Positions 25,012 to 36,200 of a DNA stretch of 64,000 nt are shown here, in pieces; position 1 is the stretch's first letter; every line of letters starts with the position of its first letter. This DNA is from Prevotella sp. (GTDB lineage Bacteria > Bacteroidota > Bacteroidia > Bacteroidales > Bacteroidaceae), in the NCBI GenBank assembly GCA_017618275.1, contig JAFZUS010000111.1, forward strand, positions 39,573-103,572, written 5' to 3'. The translations under genes and the position numbers were made by a program. The notes beneath the pieces were generated by a model. That model saw only the letters and a list, made by a program, of their open reading frames with translations, searched no databases and was not told the origin of the DNA.

Positions 25012-25019
25012 TATCTTTG
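25012..25019 (+). promoter_or_regulatory. -7 promoter box (TATCTTTG)
   Basis: 40 nt upstream of the ATG at 25059. Confidence 0.5.
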
Positions 25020-25058
25020 CACCGCAAGTTATAAAAACGCTTTTAAAAACGACGCGGA

Positions 25059-25940
25059 ATGAAACGGATACTGCTATTTACCTTTGGATTGTTCTGCTGT
25101 TTGGGGATGATTCAGGCAGCAAAGACAAAGACGATCAAAGCATCTTACACTTATTATGCCCCGGAGAATGTGACCCTGGAGCAAGCCAAGCAGACAGCCT
25201 TACAACGGGCAAGGCTTCAGGGTATTGCCGAAGAGTTTGGAACAAACATGAACCAGATAGGTACGACGATTCGTGAGAATGTAAACGGTGAGTCGAATGC
25301 CAGTGTGTTCCAACTGACCAACAGCACTGTGAAAGGTCAGTGGATCAAGGATGTCGACGAACCTGAATATGATATCAAATACGAAGGTAGCATCCTTGTG
25401 GTGTCTGTCAAGGTGAAGTTTGAGGCTCGAGAGATGAAGTCCGCCACTGTGGATTTTGAGGCAAAGGTGCTTCGTAATGGAACTGAGGACAAATATGAGT
25501 CGGGTGAATTCAAGAGCGGCGATGACTTGTTCCTCTCATTCCAGACCCCCAAGGAGGGGTATCTGGCCGTCTATCTTGTGGAAGGTGATATGGCCTATTG
25601 TCTTCTTCCCTATCGCCACCAGACAAACGGCATCTGTCAGGTGGAGGCCAACAGGCGCTATGTGTTTTTCTCGACAGTTGAGGACAAGAGTGCCCATGTG
25701 GATGAATATGTGATGACTACTGACAAACAGGTGGAGAACAACGTCATCTACGTCATTTTCTCTCCAAACGAATTCTCAAAGGCTGCTGATAAACAGTCAA
25801 ACCGTCAGGTGGGATTAGAGGGTACAGACGGCCTGCCGCGCGAACTCTCGTTCGATAAGTACCAGGCATGGCTTTCCAAATTGATGGGGCAAGACGAGAA
25901 GTTGGATACGAAGTCCATTCCCATCGTTATAAGGAAATAA
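25059..25940 (+). CDS. Secreted hypothetical protein (possibly DUF4384-like)
   Basis: Signal peptide MKRILLFTFGLFCCLGMIQA. Beta-rich sequence; the segment GDDLFLSFQTPKEGYLAVYLV is reminiscent of DUF4384. The family call is weak. Confidence 0.6.
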   Translation: MKRILLFTFGLFCCLGMIQAAKTKTIKASYTYYAPENVTLEQAKQTALQRARLQGIAEEFGTNMNQIGTTIRENVNGESNASVFQLTNSTVKGQWIKDVDEPEYDIKYEGSILVVSVKVKFEAREMKSATVDFEAKVLRNGTEDKYESGEFKSGDDLFLSFQTPKEGYLAVYLVEGDMAYCLLPYRHQTNGICQVEANRRYVFFSTVEDKSAHVDEYVMTTDKQVENNVIYVIFSPNEFSKAADKQSNRQVGLEGTDGLPRELSFDKYQAWLSKLMGQDEKLDTKSIPIVIRK

Positions 25941-25965
25941 TTGTTTCCCCTAAGTTTGCGGTCCA

Positions 25966-26652
25966 ATGGCGATTCGTTATACGAAAAAAGAGGAGATTTG
26001 GAATGCTGCGTCCCATGGCGGAGGCATTTTGTTGGGGGTGGTGATGGGCATCATCTTCCTCGTGTGGTGCTTCCAGAGCGACAACAACTGGGCGAGGGTG
26101 GGGGTGATCCTCTATCTCTTCGGTATGTTGGGTTCGTATGTGGCCTCAACACTCTATCATGCCCTGCCAGCCTATGAGCGTTACAATCCTGGCGGTCTCC
26201 TTGGTCACCGTTCAAAGTGGAAGGATCGGTTGCGTAAATGGGACCATGCTGCCATCTACTGGCACATTGCAGGTTCGTATTCCCCGTTGACACTGACGGC
26301 CCTTCGTGAACAGGGTTACTGGGGCTGGAGCCTCTTCTCCTTTGTATGGCTCTGTGCCATTGCTGGAACAATTGTCAGTTTCGTCCACCTGAAGGAACAT
26401 TCGAATCTGGAGACCTTTTGTTTTGTCGGAATGGGACTGAGTGTGTTGGTAGCCTTCAAGCCACTGATGGATTCCGTATCGGCGGCTGCCGTCACCTGGC
26501 TGATTGCCGAAGGGGTCAGTTACATCACGGGAGCCGTGTTCTATTCGCTGAATAAGAAAAAGTACACGCATTCCGTGTTCCATTTCTTCGTCCTCGCAGG
26601 TAGTGTCTGTCATATCGTCGCCGTCTGGGATGTGTTGATGGAATACCTGTAA
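25966..26652 (+). CDS. Hemolysin III / PAQR-family membrane protein
   Basis: Seven hydrophobic segments with the conserved pattern EE..N..SH, STLYH and HSVFHFFVLAGSVCH. Confidence 0.85.
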   Translation: MAIRYTKKEEIWNAASHGGGILLGVVMGIIFLVWCFQSDNNWARVGVILYLFGMLGSYVASTLYHALPAYERYNPGGLLGHRSKWKDRLRKWDHAAIYWHIAGSYSPLTLTALREQGYWGWSLFSFVWLCAIAGTIVSFVHLKEHSNLETFCFVGMGLSVLVAFKPLMDSVSAAAVTWLIAEGVSYITGAVFYSLNKKKYTHSVFHFFVLAGSVCHIVAVWDVLMEYL

Positions 26653-26678
26653 AAGGTAAAAAAGTAAAAAGGTAAAGG
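26649..26678 (+). repeat. Purine-rich ~8-nt periodic repeat (GTAAAAR)n overlapping the stop codon
   Basis: gtaaaaggtaaaaaagtaaaaaggtaaagg. The 25-mer aaaggtaaaaaagtaaaaaggtaaa (26652-26676) recurs exactly at 54651-54675. Confidence 0.85.
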
Positions 26679-26707
26679 TTTTATTTGGCGGTTTGGCGGA
26701 AAAACAC

Positions 26708-26715
26708 TAATTTTG
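26708..26715 (+). promoter_or_regulatory. -7 promoter box (TAATTTTG)
   Basis: 30 nt upstream of the ATG at 26745. Confidence 0.5.
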
Positions 26716-26744
26716 CACGCAAAATTTGCAAATTTAATAAAATT

Positions 26745-28250
26745 ATGGCTTATACACGTATGACTGCTGCAGAGGCTGCAGCACTGATTAAGAATGGCGA
26801 TCACATCGCCATGAGTGGTTTCACACCAGCAGGTGTGGCCAAGGCAACAACCAAAGAGTTAGCAAAGATTGCTGTGGCTGAGCACGAGGCCGGCCGCGAG
26901 TTTAAGGTGGCAATCTTCACAGGTGCCTCCACGGGACAGAGTACTGATGGTGACCTGGCTAATGCCCAGGCTATCCTCTATCGTGCCCCTTATACCACGA
27001 ACCCCGATTTCCGCAAGCATGTGAACATGGGTGAGATTCCCTACAACGACCTGCATCTGAGCCACATGGCACAGGAGTTGCGCTATGGTTTCTATGGTCC
27101 GCTGGACTGGGCTATCCTCGAGGTGTGCGACATCGAAGAGGTAGGCAACGACTATCATGTTTATCTGACTGCCGCCGGTGGTATTTCTCCGACAGCTGCC
27201 AAGTTGGCTAAGCACGTGATTCTGGAGCTGAACAGCTTCCACAATCCCAATGCGAAGTATATCCACGACGTGTATGAGCCGCTGGATCCTCCTTACCGCA
27301 AGGCTATTCCCATCGAGCACGTAGGCGACCGCATCGGACAGCCCTTTGTATCGATTCCCAAGGAGAAGGTCGTAGGTGTCGTAGAGTGTAACATTCCCGA
27401 CGAGGCCCGTGCCTTCAAGGACAGCGACCCTGTAACGGATAAGATCGGTTTCCTGACTGCTGAGTTCCTCGTAGAGGAGATGCACAAGGGCCGTATCCCC
27501 AAGGAGTTCCTGCCGCTGCAGAGTGGTGTGGGTTCAACTGCTAACGCCATTCTCGGTGCCCTGGGTCAGGACAAGCACGTGCCCGATTTCAACATCTATA
27601 CCGAAGTGCTGCAGGACGCAGTGGTGGGCATGATGCTCAACGGTCGTGTGAAAGACGCTTCGGCATGCTCGCTCACCGTTTCTAACGAGTGTCTGATGCA
27701 GGTGTACGATAACATGGACTACTTCAAGAATCACCTGACGCTGCGCCAGAGCGAGATTTCGAACTCGCCCGAGATCATCCGTCGCTTAGGCGTCATCGCC
27801 ATCAATACCGCTATCGAGGCCGACCTCTATGGTAACGTGAACTCAACGCACATCAGCGGTACGAAGATGATGAACGGTATCGGTGGTTCGGGTGACTTCA
27901 TCCGCAACGCTTATCTCTCTATCTTCACTTGTCCTTCTGTGGCCAAGGGTGGCGTGATTTCTTCTATCGTTCCTTTCGTCAGCCATCAGGACAGCTCGGA
28001 GCACGATGTCAACATCATCGTGACGGAGCAGGGTATCGCCGACCTGCGCGGAAAGGGTCCCATCCAGCGTGCTGAGACGATCATCGAGAACTGTGCACAT
28101 CCCGACTACAAGCAGTTGCTGTGGGATTACCTGAAGATTGCCAAGATGGGCCAGACCCGTCACAACCTGCCCGCTGCCTTCGCCATGCACGACACACTGG
28201 CTCGTAAGGGCGACATGAAGTTGACGGACTTCTCGGAGTACGTGAAATAA
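26745..28250 (+). CDS. Acetyl-CoA hydrolase/transferase family enzyme (succinate/propionate CoA-transferase type)
   Basis: MAYTRMTAAEAAALIKNGDHIAMSGFTPAG... and the GGSGDF region are typical of the Ach1/Cat1/ScpC family. The start is moved to 26745 because the promoter box lies inside the longer ORF-track version. Confidence 0.85.
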   Translation: MAYTRMTAAEAAALIKNGDHIAMSGFTPAGVAKATTKELAKIAVAEHEAGREFKVAIFTGASTGQSTDGDLANAQAILYRAPYTTNPDFRKHVNMGEIPYNDLHLSHMAQELRYGFYGPLDWAILEVCDIEEVGNDYHVYLTAAGGISPTAAKLAKHVILELNSFHNPNAKYIHDVYEPLDPPYRKAIPIEHVGDRIGQPFVSIPKEKVVGVVECNIPDEARAFKDSDPVTDKIGFLTAEFLVEEMHKGRIPKEFLPLQSGVGSTANAILGALGQDKHVPDFNIYTEVLQDAVVGMMLNGRVKDASACSLTVSNECLMQVYDNMDYFKNHLTLRQSEISNSPEIIRRLGVIAINTAIEADLYGNVNSTHISGTKMMNGIGGSGDFIRNAYLSIFTCPSVAKGGVISSIVPFVSHQDSSEHDVNIIVTEQGIADLRGKGPIQRAETIIENCAHPDYKQLLWDYLKIAKMGQTRHNLPAAFAMHDTLARKGDMKLTDFSEYVK

Positions 28251-28277
28251 TTTAAAGACTTAGGTCTATATTCTATG

Positions 28278-28319
28278 TGGCTGCGCCATCCTCAAAAGGA
28301 TAAGACGCAGCCATTTTTT
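28278..28319 (+). terminator. Rho-independent terminator after the CoA-transferase gene
   Basis: Outer stem tggctgcg / cgcagcca, inner stem atcct / aggat, followed by a T6 run. Confidence 0.75.
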
Positions 28320-28382
28320 ATAAAAATAATACTATGATGGCATTTTTTTGCTGTTTTGTGATGGAGTTTAAGAAAAAATGCC

Positions 28383-28390
28383 TATATTTG
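28383..28390 (+). promoter_or_regulatory. -7 promoter box (TATATTTG)
   Basis: 25 nt upstream of the ATG at 28415, which opens a signal peptide. Confidence 0.55.
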
Positions 28391-28414
28391 CAAACAAAAC
28401 CAAACTATAGAAAG

Positions 28415-31400
28415 ATGGAAAAGATATTAACTACAATCAAACGAAGTGTACTCTTGCTTTTGAGTATGGCTATGCCGCTTGCGGTGATGGCTGACGAAGT
28501 GACGGTGACTGACGAGAACGGCAATGATCTGGTCTATTCCTTTGAAGGCGATGATGGACCGGCAACTTTTACCCGTGTCAAGTCCTACAGCAAAGACGGG
28601 GCGAAAGCAGGACATATTGTGATTGCCGATGCCGTGACAGTCGACGGCAAAAGCCATATCGTGAAGTACGTCAGTGGCTCTGTCGGCAATCGCTACAATA
28701 TCGTGAGTATCGTATTCGGCAAGAATATCGTGGCAACGGGCGGTCCTGACGGCAGCAGTCGTGATGCTTTCTCTGGTTGTCAGAAACTGACGAGTGTCAC
28801 GCTGAACAAGAAACTTGAGATTCTGGGAACCTACACCTTCCTGAACTGCTATAATTTGGAGAGCATCAACCTAGGTGACTGCACCAACCTGACCACCATT
28901 ATGGCCAGCGCTATCGAGGACTGTGACTATGTTCGTCAGATAACGGTGCCAGCCTCGGTTACCACCATTGAGCAGAATGCCTTCTATAGCATCGATTCAC
29001 TGCGTACCGTCAATATCGGCTCGGGTGTGAAGAGCATCGGTGAGGGTGCTTTCCGCAATTGTTTCTATTTGAAGAAGATCAATATCGACGAAGGCGTGAG
29101 TAACCTGGCCATCGACAAGTATGCCTTTGCAGAGAGTGACCGTCTGCCAGAGGTCAACCTGCCCGCTGGCGTGGTGTCGTTGGGCAATGGAGCGTTCCGT
29201 TCCTGTGACTCGCTACGCACGGTGACCTTTGCCAAGGGATGTGGCATCACCGAGATACCATACGAATGCTTTGCCCATTGTCTGGCCAACTTAGAAACCA
29301 TCACGCTGCCCGATGCCGTGCAGACCATAGGCACACAGGCTTTCTACAATTGCAAGGCCTTGAAAGAGGTGAACTTCGGTAAGGGGGTGACCACCATCAA
29401 TGACTGGCATACCTTCTCCTATTGTGAGAAACTTGAGAAATTCGTACTGCCTGGTACCAATAACCCGTTTACCAGTAGTGTGTGGATGCCTGCCGATATG
29501 GTGCTTTATGTGCATCCTGAGATGGTTGACCTTTATCGTGAGAACGAATATACGAAAAACTACCACATCATGCCTATCGGAAAGACCACCAGTTACAAAG
29601 TGACAACCACTGAAGGTGGACAACTCCAGAGCAAGGTTCGCGAGGATCAGGCACAGATTACATTGGAGTTGACCGTGAGCGGCCCGATCAACGGCACCGA
29701 TATCAATTACCTGCACTCGGCATTCCCCAACCTGCAGGTGCTGGACCTGACCAATGCCCGTATCGTGGCCGGTGGCGACAAGTACAACCAGTGGAACGTC
29801 GCCCAGAACGGCAATGCCACCATCGAGACCTATTATGGTCCGTGGGAGACCGAGGACGACGTAGTCGGTTACGCCATGTTCTACAATATGCCGTCGCTCA
29901 GGAGTCTCTCGCTGCCTAAGGATGTGACGAAAATCGGCGACTATGCCATAGCCCAGGATCGTCGTCAGAACCTACGTCTGGAAAGCGTCACTATCCCCTC
30001 GGGGGTTACTGAGATCGGTCACCATGCTTTCCATTTTACTGGCATCAAGGAGGTGACCGTTCCCGCCGGGGTAACCCGCATCGAGGAATACACCTTCTGG
30101 AACTGTCAGAAACTGCAGAAGGCAGTGCTGCCTGACAATATCACCTTCATTGGCAATAGTGCCTTCAGTGAGAACTATGAGTTGTTGGATGTGAATATCC
30201 CAGCAAAGGTGGACACCATCGACCAGCATGCTTTCTACAACAACTACAAACGTAGCACGCCTATCGTCATCCCTAACACCTGTAAGATGATTGGCTACCG
30301 TGCCTTCCATAACAACTATGTGACGCCCAGCGTCACCTTCGGTAACAGCATCGAGACGATAGGTAGTTATGCCTTCGCCGAGTGTCACTTGATTGAGAAG
30401 GCTGTTTTGCCGGAGACCGTCACTCGTATCGGTGACCGTGCCTTCCTGAACTGCGACTCGTTACGCACATTCACCTTCCCCCAGAACATCAAAGAGGTGG
30501 AAGGCTGGGTTCTTGAGGGCTGTGACGCGCTGACCAAGGTCACCTTGGCAAAGGGCACCACCAGTATCGGCGAGAGTGCCTTTAACGGTTGTCGCAAACT
30601 TTCCGATATCAACCTGACGGACCAGACATCACTCACTACGCTCCACAACTATGCTTTTTATGGTACTGCCCTGAAGAATGTAACCCTGCCCAACAGCATT
30701 ACGGAAATTGGCTGGGCTGTTTTCCAGGACTGCAACGAACTGGAGAGCATCAATGTGCCAACGGGTATCGACTATGTGCCGTATGACTACTGTGAGGACA
30801 GTGAGAAACTGAGAAGCGTACAGATGCACGACGGAATACGTACCATCCTTCACGACGCTTTTTACGGTTGTGATTCCTTGGAGAATATCAAACTGAATGA
30901 TAAGATTACCACGATTGAGTACAATGCTTTCTATGGCTGTGAGAAATTGGCACTGAAGAAACTGCCCGATGCCCTGACCTTTATTGGTAGTAACGCCTTC
31001 CGTGATATGAAGGCCATGACGGGTACGATGACCATCCCTACTGGCGTGACAACGATTGAAGACGGTGCCTTCCGCAACAGTGGCATTACCGCCGTTGTGA
31101 TGCCTGAAGGCATTACTAAACTGGGTGATGACATCTTTAACAGTTGTGCCTCATTGAGCGGCGTGAAGTTGCCAAAGGATATCAGGAGGATTCCCAACTA
31201 TACGTTCCAGCGTTGTAAATCTCTTGAGGGTATCGACCTGCCCAATGAACTGCGTGAGATCGGCTATGCAGCCTTTGACCTGAGCGGCCTGACTGCCATC
31301 GAATTGCCCGACTCTCTTAAGAAAGTGGAGAGTTACGCTTTCAGCAGTACCCAGTTGACTACGTTCCGTGTGCCTGACGGCTTTACCGATGACTTGGGCT

Positions 31401-33190
31401 CATGGACTCTCAGTAGTTGTAAGAAACTGAAGAGCGTCTATTTCGGTCGTAACCAAGACTACACGCAGTGGGTGGACTTTACCTGTTGTAGTGGATGTGA
31501 TTCACTTGAGGTGATGCGTATCTATGCAGGTACGCCTCCTAAGTGCAATACGGGTTATATGCCCTACCGCAAACGGTGTGTGCTTGAGGTTCCCGAGGAA
31601 CAGATCGCTCTCTATAAGGAGGCTAACGGTTGGAAAGAGTTTAAGGAGATCCGTGGTTTCGGTCTCGGTGACGAACTGGCTGAACAGGACTTCGCTGTGC
31701 TGCAGGAACTCTATAATAAACTGGACGGTGCCAAGTGGACCAAACCATGGGATTTGTCAAACAACCACCATGCAACAGGCAAGTGGGTAGGCGTGACAAC
31801 AGCCAAACTCGGAGGTACCTCCTCTACTACGTATGCCATCACCGGCATCGACTTGACGGATCAGGGCCTGACGGGTGAACTGCCTGCCTCTGTGTTCAAG
31901 TTGTCCCAGTTAGTGACACTGAACCTGAGCCACAATCATGTGAGTGGCGACCTTGGTTCCTACACCGTAAATAAAGGCTCGCTCATCTCTACCCTTAATC
32001 TCGAGGGAAACAAGTTCACTGGTGATCTCTATGCATTGGCATCACAGTTGCCAGAACTCACCAAACTGAACGTGGCCTACAACCAGTTGGCAGAAATCTC
32101 AAAGCCCCTGCCGAAGGAGAAACTCAAGTACGACGATATCCGTTTGGAGTGTCAGTTCATAGATTGGCATACCAAGACGGTTGCCGAGAACATCGACAAC
32201 AAGTTTGTGCAGGAGATTACCGTAGGACAGCCATTTGAACTGAAGCCTACAACGCTCTTTACCTACCGCCACAACGATCAGGACTATGCACACAAAGCAG
32301 GCTCGTTAGCACGTGTCTGGTGCGATGGCGTCTACTGGCATTATGACTGGGAGTTCAATACCTACGACGGTCTGTTGAATGTGGGTTTGAATGGCGACAA
32401 CCTCATTTACGCCCCGAAGGACATGCCTGTGGCCTACTCAGACCTCGACTGGCATTGGCGTACCGTGCTGTTGCGACTCACATGGCCGGATGGCGACGTG
32501 AACGCCGATCAGACTGTCGATGTGCAGGATCTGCAGAACGTTATCTACTACGCACTTCACACAGCCAAGCCCTCGAAGCAGATGTATAATTTCACTGCTG
32601 CCGACGACAACCAGGATGGTAAGATTAATGTGATAGACATTACCCGTAGTGTTGACTATGTGCTGGCCACCAGTCAGCCAGCCGCCTCGCGTGTACATAA
32701 AATAAAAGAGGTGTATGGCAGTGGTCAGAATATGCTTTTCTGTAACGGCAGCGACCTGTCTCTGATGAATACCGATGAGGTGGCAGCCATGCAGTTTGAT
32801 GTCATAGGAGCCTCGCAGCGAGACATTCATGTCAGTGCCGACATGAGTAGTCGTTTTAGCGTTGCTATGAAGAATGTGCCAGGGGGCGTACGTGTCGTCT
32901 TTTACTCCTCTCAGGGTAACACCTTGTCTGCCGGTACCCATCAACTACTCGTGCAACTGCCTGTCGGAGCGACTGTCGTGGAGGCCGTACTGACTGACCA
33001 GGAGACTCATCGACTGGGTGTTGGCATTGACGGAAACGAATCCGCCGGCATCGACCAGTTGGTTGTTGACTCGAAAGCCGATCTGCCAATATATGATCTC
33101 AGCGGCCGTCGTGTCGGTCCTTGGGACACGTTGCCTGCCGGCATCTATATCGTGCGTCTGAACGGACAGCAATACAAGTTGAGAAAGTAA
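28415..33190 (+). CDS. BspA-type leucine-rich-repeat surface protein with dockerin-like module and T9SS C-terminal sorting domain
   Basis: Signal peptide MEKILTTIKRSVLLLLSMAMPLAVMA. Many ~23-aa BspA-type LRR units (IP.SVT.IG..AF..C..L..V.L). A classical LRR block (LNLSHNHVSGDL, LNLEGNKFTGDL, LNVAYNQL). Dockerin-like loops DGDVNADQTVDVQDL and DDNQDGKINVIDI. C-terminal domain IYDLSGRRV...GIYIVRLNGQQYKLRK. Confidence 0.85.
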   Translation: MEKILTTIKRSVLLLLSMAMPLAVMADEVTVTDENGNDLVYSFEGDDGPATFTRVKSYSKDGAKAGHIVIADAVTVDGKSHIVKYVSGSVGNRYNIVSIVFGKNIVATGGPDGSSRDAFSGCQKLTSVTLNKKLEILGTYTFLNCYNLESINLGDCTNLTTIMASAIEDCDYVRQITVPASVTTIEQNAFYSIDSLRTVNIGSGVKSIGEGAFRNCFYLKKINIDEGVSNLAIDKYAFAESDRLPEVNLPAGVVSLGNGAFRSCDSLRTVTFAKGCGITEIPYECFAHCLANLETITLPDAVQTIGTQAFYNCKALKEVNFGKGVTTINDWHTFSYCEKLEKFVLPGTNNPFTSSVWMPADMVLYVHPEMVDLYRENEYTKNYHIMPIGKTTSYKVTTTEGGQLQSKVREDQAQITLELTVSGPINGTDINYLHSAFPNLQVLDLTNARIVAGGDKYNQWNVAQNGNATIETYYGPWETEDDVVGYAMFYNMPSLRSLSLPKDVTKIGDYAIAQDRRQNLRLESVTIPSGVTEIGHHAFHFTGIKEVTVPAGVTRIEEYTFWNCQKLQKAVLPDNITFIGNSAFSENYELLDVNIPAKVDTIDQHAFYNNYKRSTPIVIPNTCKMIGYRAFHNNYVTPSVTFGNSIETIGSYAFAECHLIEKAVLPETVTRIGDRAFLNCDSLRTFTFPQNIKEVEGWVLEGCDALTKVTLAKGTTSIGESAFNGCRKLSDINLTDQTSLTTLHNYAFYGTALKNVTLPNSITEIGWAVFQDCNELESINVPTGIDYVPYDYCEDSEKLRSVQMHDGIRTILHDAFYGCDSLENIKLNDKITTIEYNAFYGCEKLALKKLPDALTFIGSNAFRDMKAMTGTMTIPTGVTTIEDGAFRNSGITAVVMPEGITKLGDDIFNSCASLSGVKLPKDIRRIPNYTFQRCKSLEGIDLPNELREIGYAAFDLSGLTAIELPDSLKKVESYAFSSTQLTTFRVPDGFTDDLGSWTLSSCKKLKSVYFGRNQDYTQWVDFTCCSGCDSLEVMRIYAGTPPKCNTGYMPYRKRCVLEVPEEQIALYKEANGWKEFKEIRGFGLGDELAEQDFAVLQELYNKLDGAKWTKPWDLSNNHHATGKWVGVTTAKLGGTSSTTYAITGIDLTDQGLTGELPASVFKLSQLVTLNLSHNHVSGDLGSYTVNKGSLISTLNLEGNKFTGDLYALASQLPELTKLNVAYNQLAEISKPLPKEKLKYDDIRLECQFIDWHTKTVAENIDNKFVQEITVGQPFELKPTTLFTYRHNDQDYAHKAGSLARVWCDGVYWHYDWEFNTYDGLLNVGLNGDNLIYAPKDMPVAYSDLDWHWRTVLLRLTWPDGDVNADQTVDVQDLQNVIYYALHTAKPSKQMYNFTAADDNQDGKINVIDITRSVDYVLATSQPAASRVHKIKEVYGSGQNMLFCNGSDLSLMNTDEVAAMQFDVIGASQRDIHVSADMSSRFSVAMKNVPGGVRVVFYSSQGNTLSAGTHQLLVQLPVGATVVEAVLTDQETHRLGVGIDGNESAGIDQLVVDSKADLPIYDLSGRRVGPWDTLPAGIYIVRLNGQQYKLRK

Positions 33191-33222
33191 CAAATACGCA
33201 AACATAAAAAACCAACATAGAT

Positions 33223-36200
33223 ATGAAGTACCTAAGATTTTCATTGTTGGCAGCGATGACCCTGTTTTGGAGCACGCTGTTGTCGGCACAGACTAATGTG
33301 CTGAGCATTGACACGGTGACTACGCCATCGGGCAAGGTCGTAAACGTGCCTATCGCGATGAATAATACAAGTGATATCACTGGCGTACAATTCGAGATCA
33401 GTGTGCCTTACGAGTTGGCTAAGGACGACTTGGGCAATGTGGCCGTCAACCTGTCGCCTTCACGTCTTTCGGGCTACACTGTCGAAAGCATTCACTTAGG
33501 CAAAGAAAGCAAGAAATACTATCCCAACGGTGTTGAGGCCGATGCTGCGTGGATGGAATACCAGAAGTACCGTATCATCCTCTACAGTAATCGCAATGAA
33601 CTTGTGGTCGATGACCGAGGTACACTTTTGTCTTTGCAACTTACCACTCCTGTGGGTATGAACAATGGTGCTGTGTTGCCCGTCTATCTCTCAGAGGTAG
33701 TGCTGAGTGACGACAAGAAGAACAGCGTGGCTGTCACTTCTACGGATGGTGCCATCGTCATAGAGGAGATCCCGCGTCCCGATTTGACACCTGTTGACGT
33801 GAGTTTCAAACCCAGCCCTGTTGGCCCTGGCCAGAAATTCACCGTGCGTTGGAAGGTTAAGAACGTGGGATTAGCGGCTACCGAAGACGGATGGAGTGAA
33901 CAGGTCATGCTGAAGACGGTCAGTGGTAATCAGTCCAGACTCATCAGCACCCTCCACTACGACCAGAAGTTGGGCGTGGGCAGTGAAGTGAGTCGTGAGA
34001 CCGACATCACACTGCCTGCTCTGCTTGGCGTGGATGGCATCTGTAAGGTGGAGGTAGAGGTGGTGCCTAATGAAAAGACGGGTGAGCACCCCACATGCCT
34101 TGATAACAATACAGCGCAGAGTACGGACAATGTGGAAGTGTCGAGGCAACTCTACTTGGAACTGTCGAAGACACGTCTTACCGAAGGAGGCAATCAGCGC
34201 ATCACCGCTAAGTTGAGTCGTTCTGGACGGTGGAACAACCTGCGCGTGTTCGACATCACCAGCACAAAGGACTCACGCGTCAGCATCCCTAAGACCGTCA
34301 CTATGCCTGCCGGACAGTCGGGTGTCGTGTTCTATATTGATGTGACCAATAATGATAAGGTGGATGCTGATTCCATCATCAGCATCAGTGTCAAGAGTGA
34401 GGAATACGAGGCGGTTACTGCCCGTCTGGTTATCGAGGATGACGAGTATCCTGCCTTAGGTGTTACCGCCTCACAGTCGGTGCTTACGGAAGGTGACACG
34501 TTTACACTCACCATTACGACACCGCGTGTATCCAAGGAACCTATTACGGTGAAGATCACGAGTGAGGACAACAAACGGTTCCAGTTCAATTCAACAGCCG
34601 AGATTCCTGCAGGAGAGACATCAGTGACAGTCCCAGTGACCTGTGTCGATGACGATGTGCCCAATCTGCAGCAGTCGAATAGGTTCACCGTGTCTTCCCA
34701 GCGTTTCAATCCCGGTGAGGTGATTGTCATCCTGAATGATAATGACATGCCTGTTCTGATGCTGACACTGACACCCGACAAGGTGAGTGAGTCGGCAGGA
34801 CCTACTGCTGTTGCTGCCGTGCTGACACGGACAGGGAAAATTGATAATAAGATTACCATCAGGTTGAGCGACGACTCCAACGGTGGTCTTTACTATAGCA
34901 ATCGTACAGTGGAGATGGCCAAGGGTGTGGAGAACATCTATTTTAACTTGGGGCCTGTGGATAATGTAAAGCAGGACGGCGACCGTACCTATACCTTGAC
35001 AGCCGGTATCTGGGTGGCCTCCTGTAGTTGTGCGTCAAGTGGCGAGCAAGCCGGCAATGTGAGTGCTAAGTTGACTGTGCTTGATAATGACGGAGCCGCC
35101 CTCAGTGTTGTTTCCCAGAACAGTACCGTGAAAGAAGGCGGAAAGACCACGTTGACCATCAGCCGTAACAATTCATCAAAAAAGGATCTTACTGTCACGT
35201 TGAGCAGTAACTATGATGAGGGATTGACCTATCCGAAGACTGTCACCATTCCTGCTGGTAAGGAATCCGTGGAGGTAGAGGTTCAGTCGAAGGCCAATGA
35301 TGTGAGCGGTGACTCACGTACCGTCATCTTCACTGTGGCGTGCGAAGGCTATGGTTCTGGTACGTGTTATGTACTTGTCACTGATCAGACGCTTCCGGAT
35401 GCCCGTATCACCAGTATCACAGCGAAGGAGGCTGAGGCTGTGGTGGGCAGTAGTGTCACCGTCAGCATCGTCGTAGCCAACGAGGGCGCTGTCGTATTAC
35501 CGGCAGGAACCAAGGTGACACTCTACCAGAATGGCGTGAACATGGCAATAGGAACGTTGACGACAAAGACCGATATTGCCGTTGGTGCCAGTGAAACCTT
35601 GCAGCGCCGTGTGGCCCTGCCTCTACAGGTTGGGGAGTTGGTCTATTATGCTGTAGTCAACGAGGAACAACTTGTTTCCGAATTAGTCTATACCAACAAT
35701 ACCTCCGCCGAACTGACCATCAAGGCTGTTTCACCTTTCACGGCCACCGTGCAGACCAACAAACAGAGATACAGTCAAGGTGAGAAGGTGGTCGTCAGCG
35801 GACAATTGAAAGGCGACCAGACGGCTAATGCCAAGGCTCAGGTGTATTTCCTTACCGATGGTGTGCGCCTGACAGAGGATGTGACGACCGATGATGAGGG
35901 TCGCTTCTCCTTAGAATGGATACCAACGGGTATGATGACGGGCCACTTTGCCGTTGGAGCCTGTTATCCTGATGACCCCATCAGCGATGGTATGGCTGAG
36001 TTTGATGTCTATGGTTTGAGACGGGCTAACAATAAGTATATTACTTGCGACGTGACGATCGGTTCGCCATTGACGGGTGTCATCCAACTGGTGAACCCAG
36101 GTTCGCTTGGTCTTTCTGGTGTCAAGGCCCAGATTGTATCGGCTCCTGAAGGATGTACTGCAGAGTTGAAAGTTCCGGCGACTATTGAAGGAGGTGCCAC

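Noticed and set aside
26685-26744. N-terminal extensions in the ORF track: 26685 for the CoA-transferase, 28334 for the LRR protein, 53893 for cobB, 58635 for the M28-like gene
   Set aside because: Promoter boxes fall inside the extensions, or the extensions overlap the preceding gene. Internal ATGs give canonical N-termini or signal peptides.
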